DNA of 64,000 nt, taken from NCBI GenBank assembly GCA_013239625.1, contig MU053758.1:2666001-2730000 (forward strand), in the 5' to 3' direction. Origin of the DNA: Lama guanicoe. Its lineage: Eukaryota. How positions within the stretch are numbered: the first letter of the stretch is position 1; every line of letters starts with the position of its first letter. Positions 63,301 through 64,000 of the stretch are shown in pieces. The translations under genes were made by a program, and so were the position numbers. Below the pieces are notes generated by a model. That model was not told the DNA's origin and did no database searches. It worked only from the letters and a program-made list of their open reading frames with translations.

Positions 63301-63680
63301 AATTCACCTAGAAAGTCTGAGCTGTACTCCAAGTCTTTTACCTTCAAACCCTCACTCTGGAACAGGTGGAACAGTTTACCTGGGAACTAATGGCATACTT
63401 CAGGTAGGACAGGATGAGAGGATTGGGGGAAGGTCCAATCATGGCCTGCTCCAGTAGTGCTTCTGTAAGGGGAATAACAAAGTAAGACTCAGTGGTTACA
63501 GCTTCTCTGGGTTTAGCCCTCCCATCCATCCTTCCTACTTCACTTGAGACCTGCTAGGTTGAGAATGTCCCAGGTGGCTCCTTTGGGAAAGAATTTCTTC
63601 ATGTTGATTGCCCATTGGTAGTCACTCCATCGCTCCTTCCAAGCTTGCAAAATGGCTTGCTTCAGGTTCACCACCTTCAT
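42400..63680 (-). CDS. MED24: Mediator complex subunit 24 (TRAP100), 989 aa, 25 coding exons; the non-coding first exon lies beyond the window
   Basis: complement join in transcript order (63551-63680,63380-63462,55610-55648,55188-55261,54591-54823,52883-52994,52596-52746,52181-52294,51640-51687,51148-51230,50775-50861,50214-50325,49581-49723,49014-49051,48489-48571,47945-48123,47728-47827,47274-47449,45136-45400,44664-44845,44406-44496,44017-44116,43078-43158,42652-42800,42400-42516) = 2970 nt; MKVVNLKQAILQAWKERWSDYQW...QVAAKAIAAL*; acceptor of the first coding exon at 63716. Confidence 0.97.
46285..46755 (+). mobile_element. LINE-1 (L1MB-type) 3' fragment
   Basis: gtccatcaactgatgaacggataa...aaaaggaaggaaattctgacacatgc...agtagaatggtggttgccagggg...atggtaaatttc. 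Confidence 0.85.
48252..48265 (-). promoter_or_regulatory. CTCF core motif (reverse)
   Basis: Minus strand CCACTAGGTGGCAG, near-perfect consensus. Confidence 0.55.
48641..48745 (-). ncRNA. SNORD124: Intronic box C/D snoRNA, SNORD124 orthologue
   Basis: Minus strand ggga-TGATGT (box C near 48732-48738)...CTGA (box D 48645-48648)-tccc terminal stem; ends about 70 nt upstream of the acceptor at 48572; the internal sequence gagactcaagaaaaggattctgagcctcagagct matches my recollection of SNORD124, whose host is MED24. Confidence 0.82.
56343..56545 (+). mobile_element. MER3-like hAT-Charlie MITE
   Basis: ctgtgctgtccaa...aaattcagttccttagtcgaactagccacat...catgtggctagtggctactgtactggacag...gaaagttctattgg. 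Confidence 0.75.
58233..58369 (-). mobile_element. tRNA-derived SINE (Vic-1-like) with 16-bp TSD
   Basis: TSD tcttctatttttaaaa at 58217-58232 and 58370-58385; reverse-complement SINE head. Confidence 0.88.
58430..59270 (+). mobile_element. LINE-2 fragment
   Basis: Pyrimidine-rich L2 motifs (cacactctcttggtttccttctctcctc; ccctagctccagtctcctctctccttctgagttccagac). Confidence 0.6.
59280..59625 (+). mobile_element. MER58A-like DNA transposon interrupted by a minus-strand Vic-1-like SINE (about 59348-59436)
   Basis: ttgtaaataaagtt...cacagccatg...aagtatttactatctggtcctttacagaaaaa; nested ggggattgaacccagg...gctatac. Confidence 0.7.
60987..61140 (+). mobile_element. tRNA-derived SINE (Vic-1-like)
   Basis: agggtatagctcagtggtagagcacatgcttagcatgcacaaggtcctgg plus A-rich tail. 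Confidence 0.85.
61254..61430 (+). pseudogene. U6 snRNA retrocopy fused to an L1 3' end (U6/L1 chimera)
   Basis: 61254-61357: near full-length U6 (gtgcacgcttcggcagcacatatactaaaa...acagagaagattagcatggcccctg...aaattcgtgaagcg) ending in a T-tract, then the L1 terminal sequence ctgaatcaccatgctgaacaccagagactaacacaacactgtaaattgactatacctcaataaa and poly(A). Confidence 0.9.
61920..62830. mobile_element. hAT-Charlie-type DNA transposon relic
   Basis: AT-rich segment with Charlie-like motifs (ctgaatgcagaagcagataggagaattcagctgtattctatcaagccaaacatcaaagagatttgcaaaaatgtaaaacaatgccact). Confidence 0.55.
62370..62482 (-). mobile_element. tRNA-derived SINE (Vic-1-like) with TSD
   Basis: Reverse-complement head ...gagctataccctcccc; agattctcttt repeated on both sides. 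Confidence 0.82.
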
Positions 63681-64000
63681 GATTTCACTCAGGAGGCCAG
63701 GCCGGTGGCGGTCAGCTGTGAGGCGGGAGAAAAAAAGCTAGAAAAGGGGTGAAGAGATTCTGAGGAAAAGAACGGGGCGTGGGGGGAGGGGGCAGCGAAT
63801 AGAGTAAAATGGAATGGAGAAGATACAGGATGATTTAAGGGAGGCAGAACTAGAAAGGGAAAAAAAGGGAAAGGGGGCAAAGTAGGGATCCTGTTAGGTT
63901 CTTCCCTCCTAAATCATCCTTGAAACTGGAGCACTAAGGTGTCAAAGGGACTTTGATACAGAGATAAATGGGCAGCAAGGGGTTAAGCTGGTTCCGGTTC

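Overview
Mammalian genomic DNA (probably a camelid, judged from its tRNA-derived SINEs), syntenic with human 17q21: GSDMA (+), PSMD3 (+), CSF3 (+) and MED24 (-). I rebuilt all four coding sequences by hand from GT-AG junctions and exon phases; each gives an intact frame (446, 534, 195 and 989 aa). A box C/D snoRNA (SNORD124-like) lies in a MED24 intron and a U6/L1 chimeric retrocopy in another. The main unexplained signal is in the first 2.4 kb: at least three decayed exons of a second gasdermin gene just upstream of GSDMA, in the same order and on the same strand as GSDMA exons 6, 9 and 10. It is far too divergent to be a recent copy and looks like an ancient lost paralogue. Comparisons with human or other proteins are from recall, not database searches; repeat boundaries are approximate.
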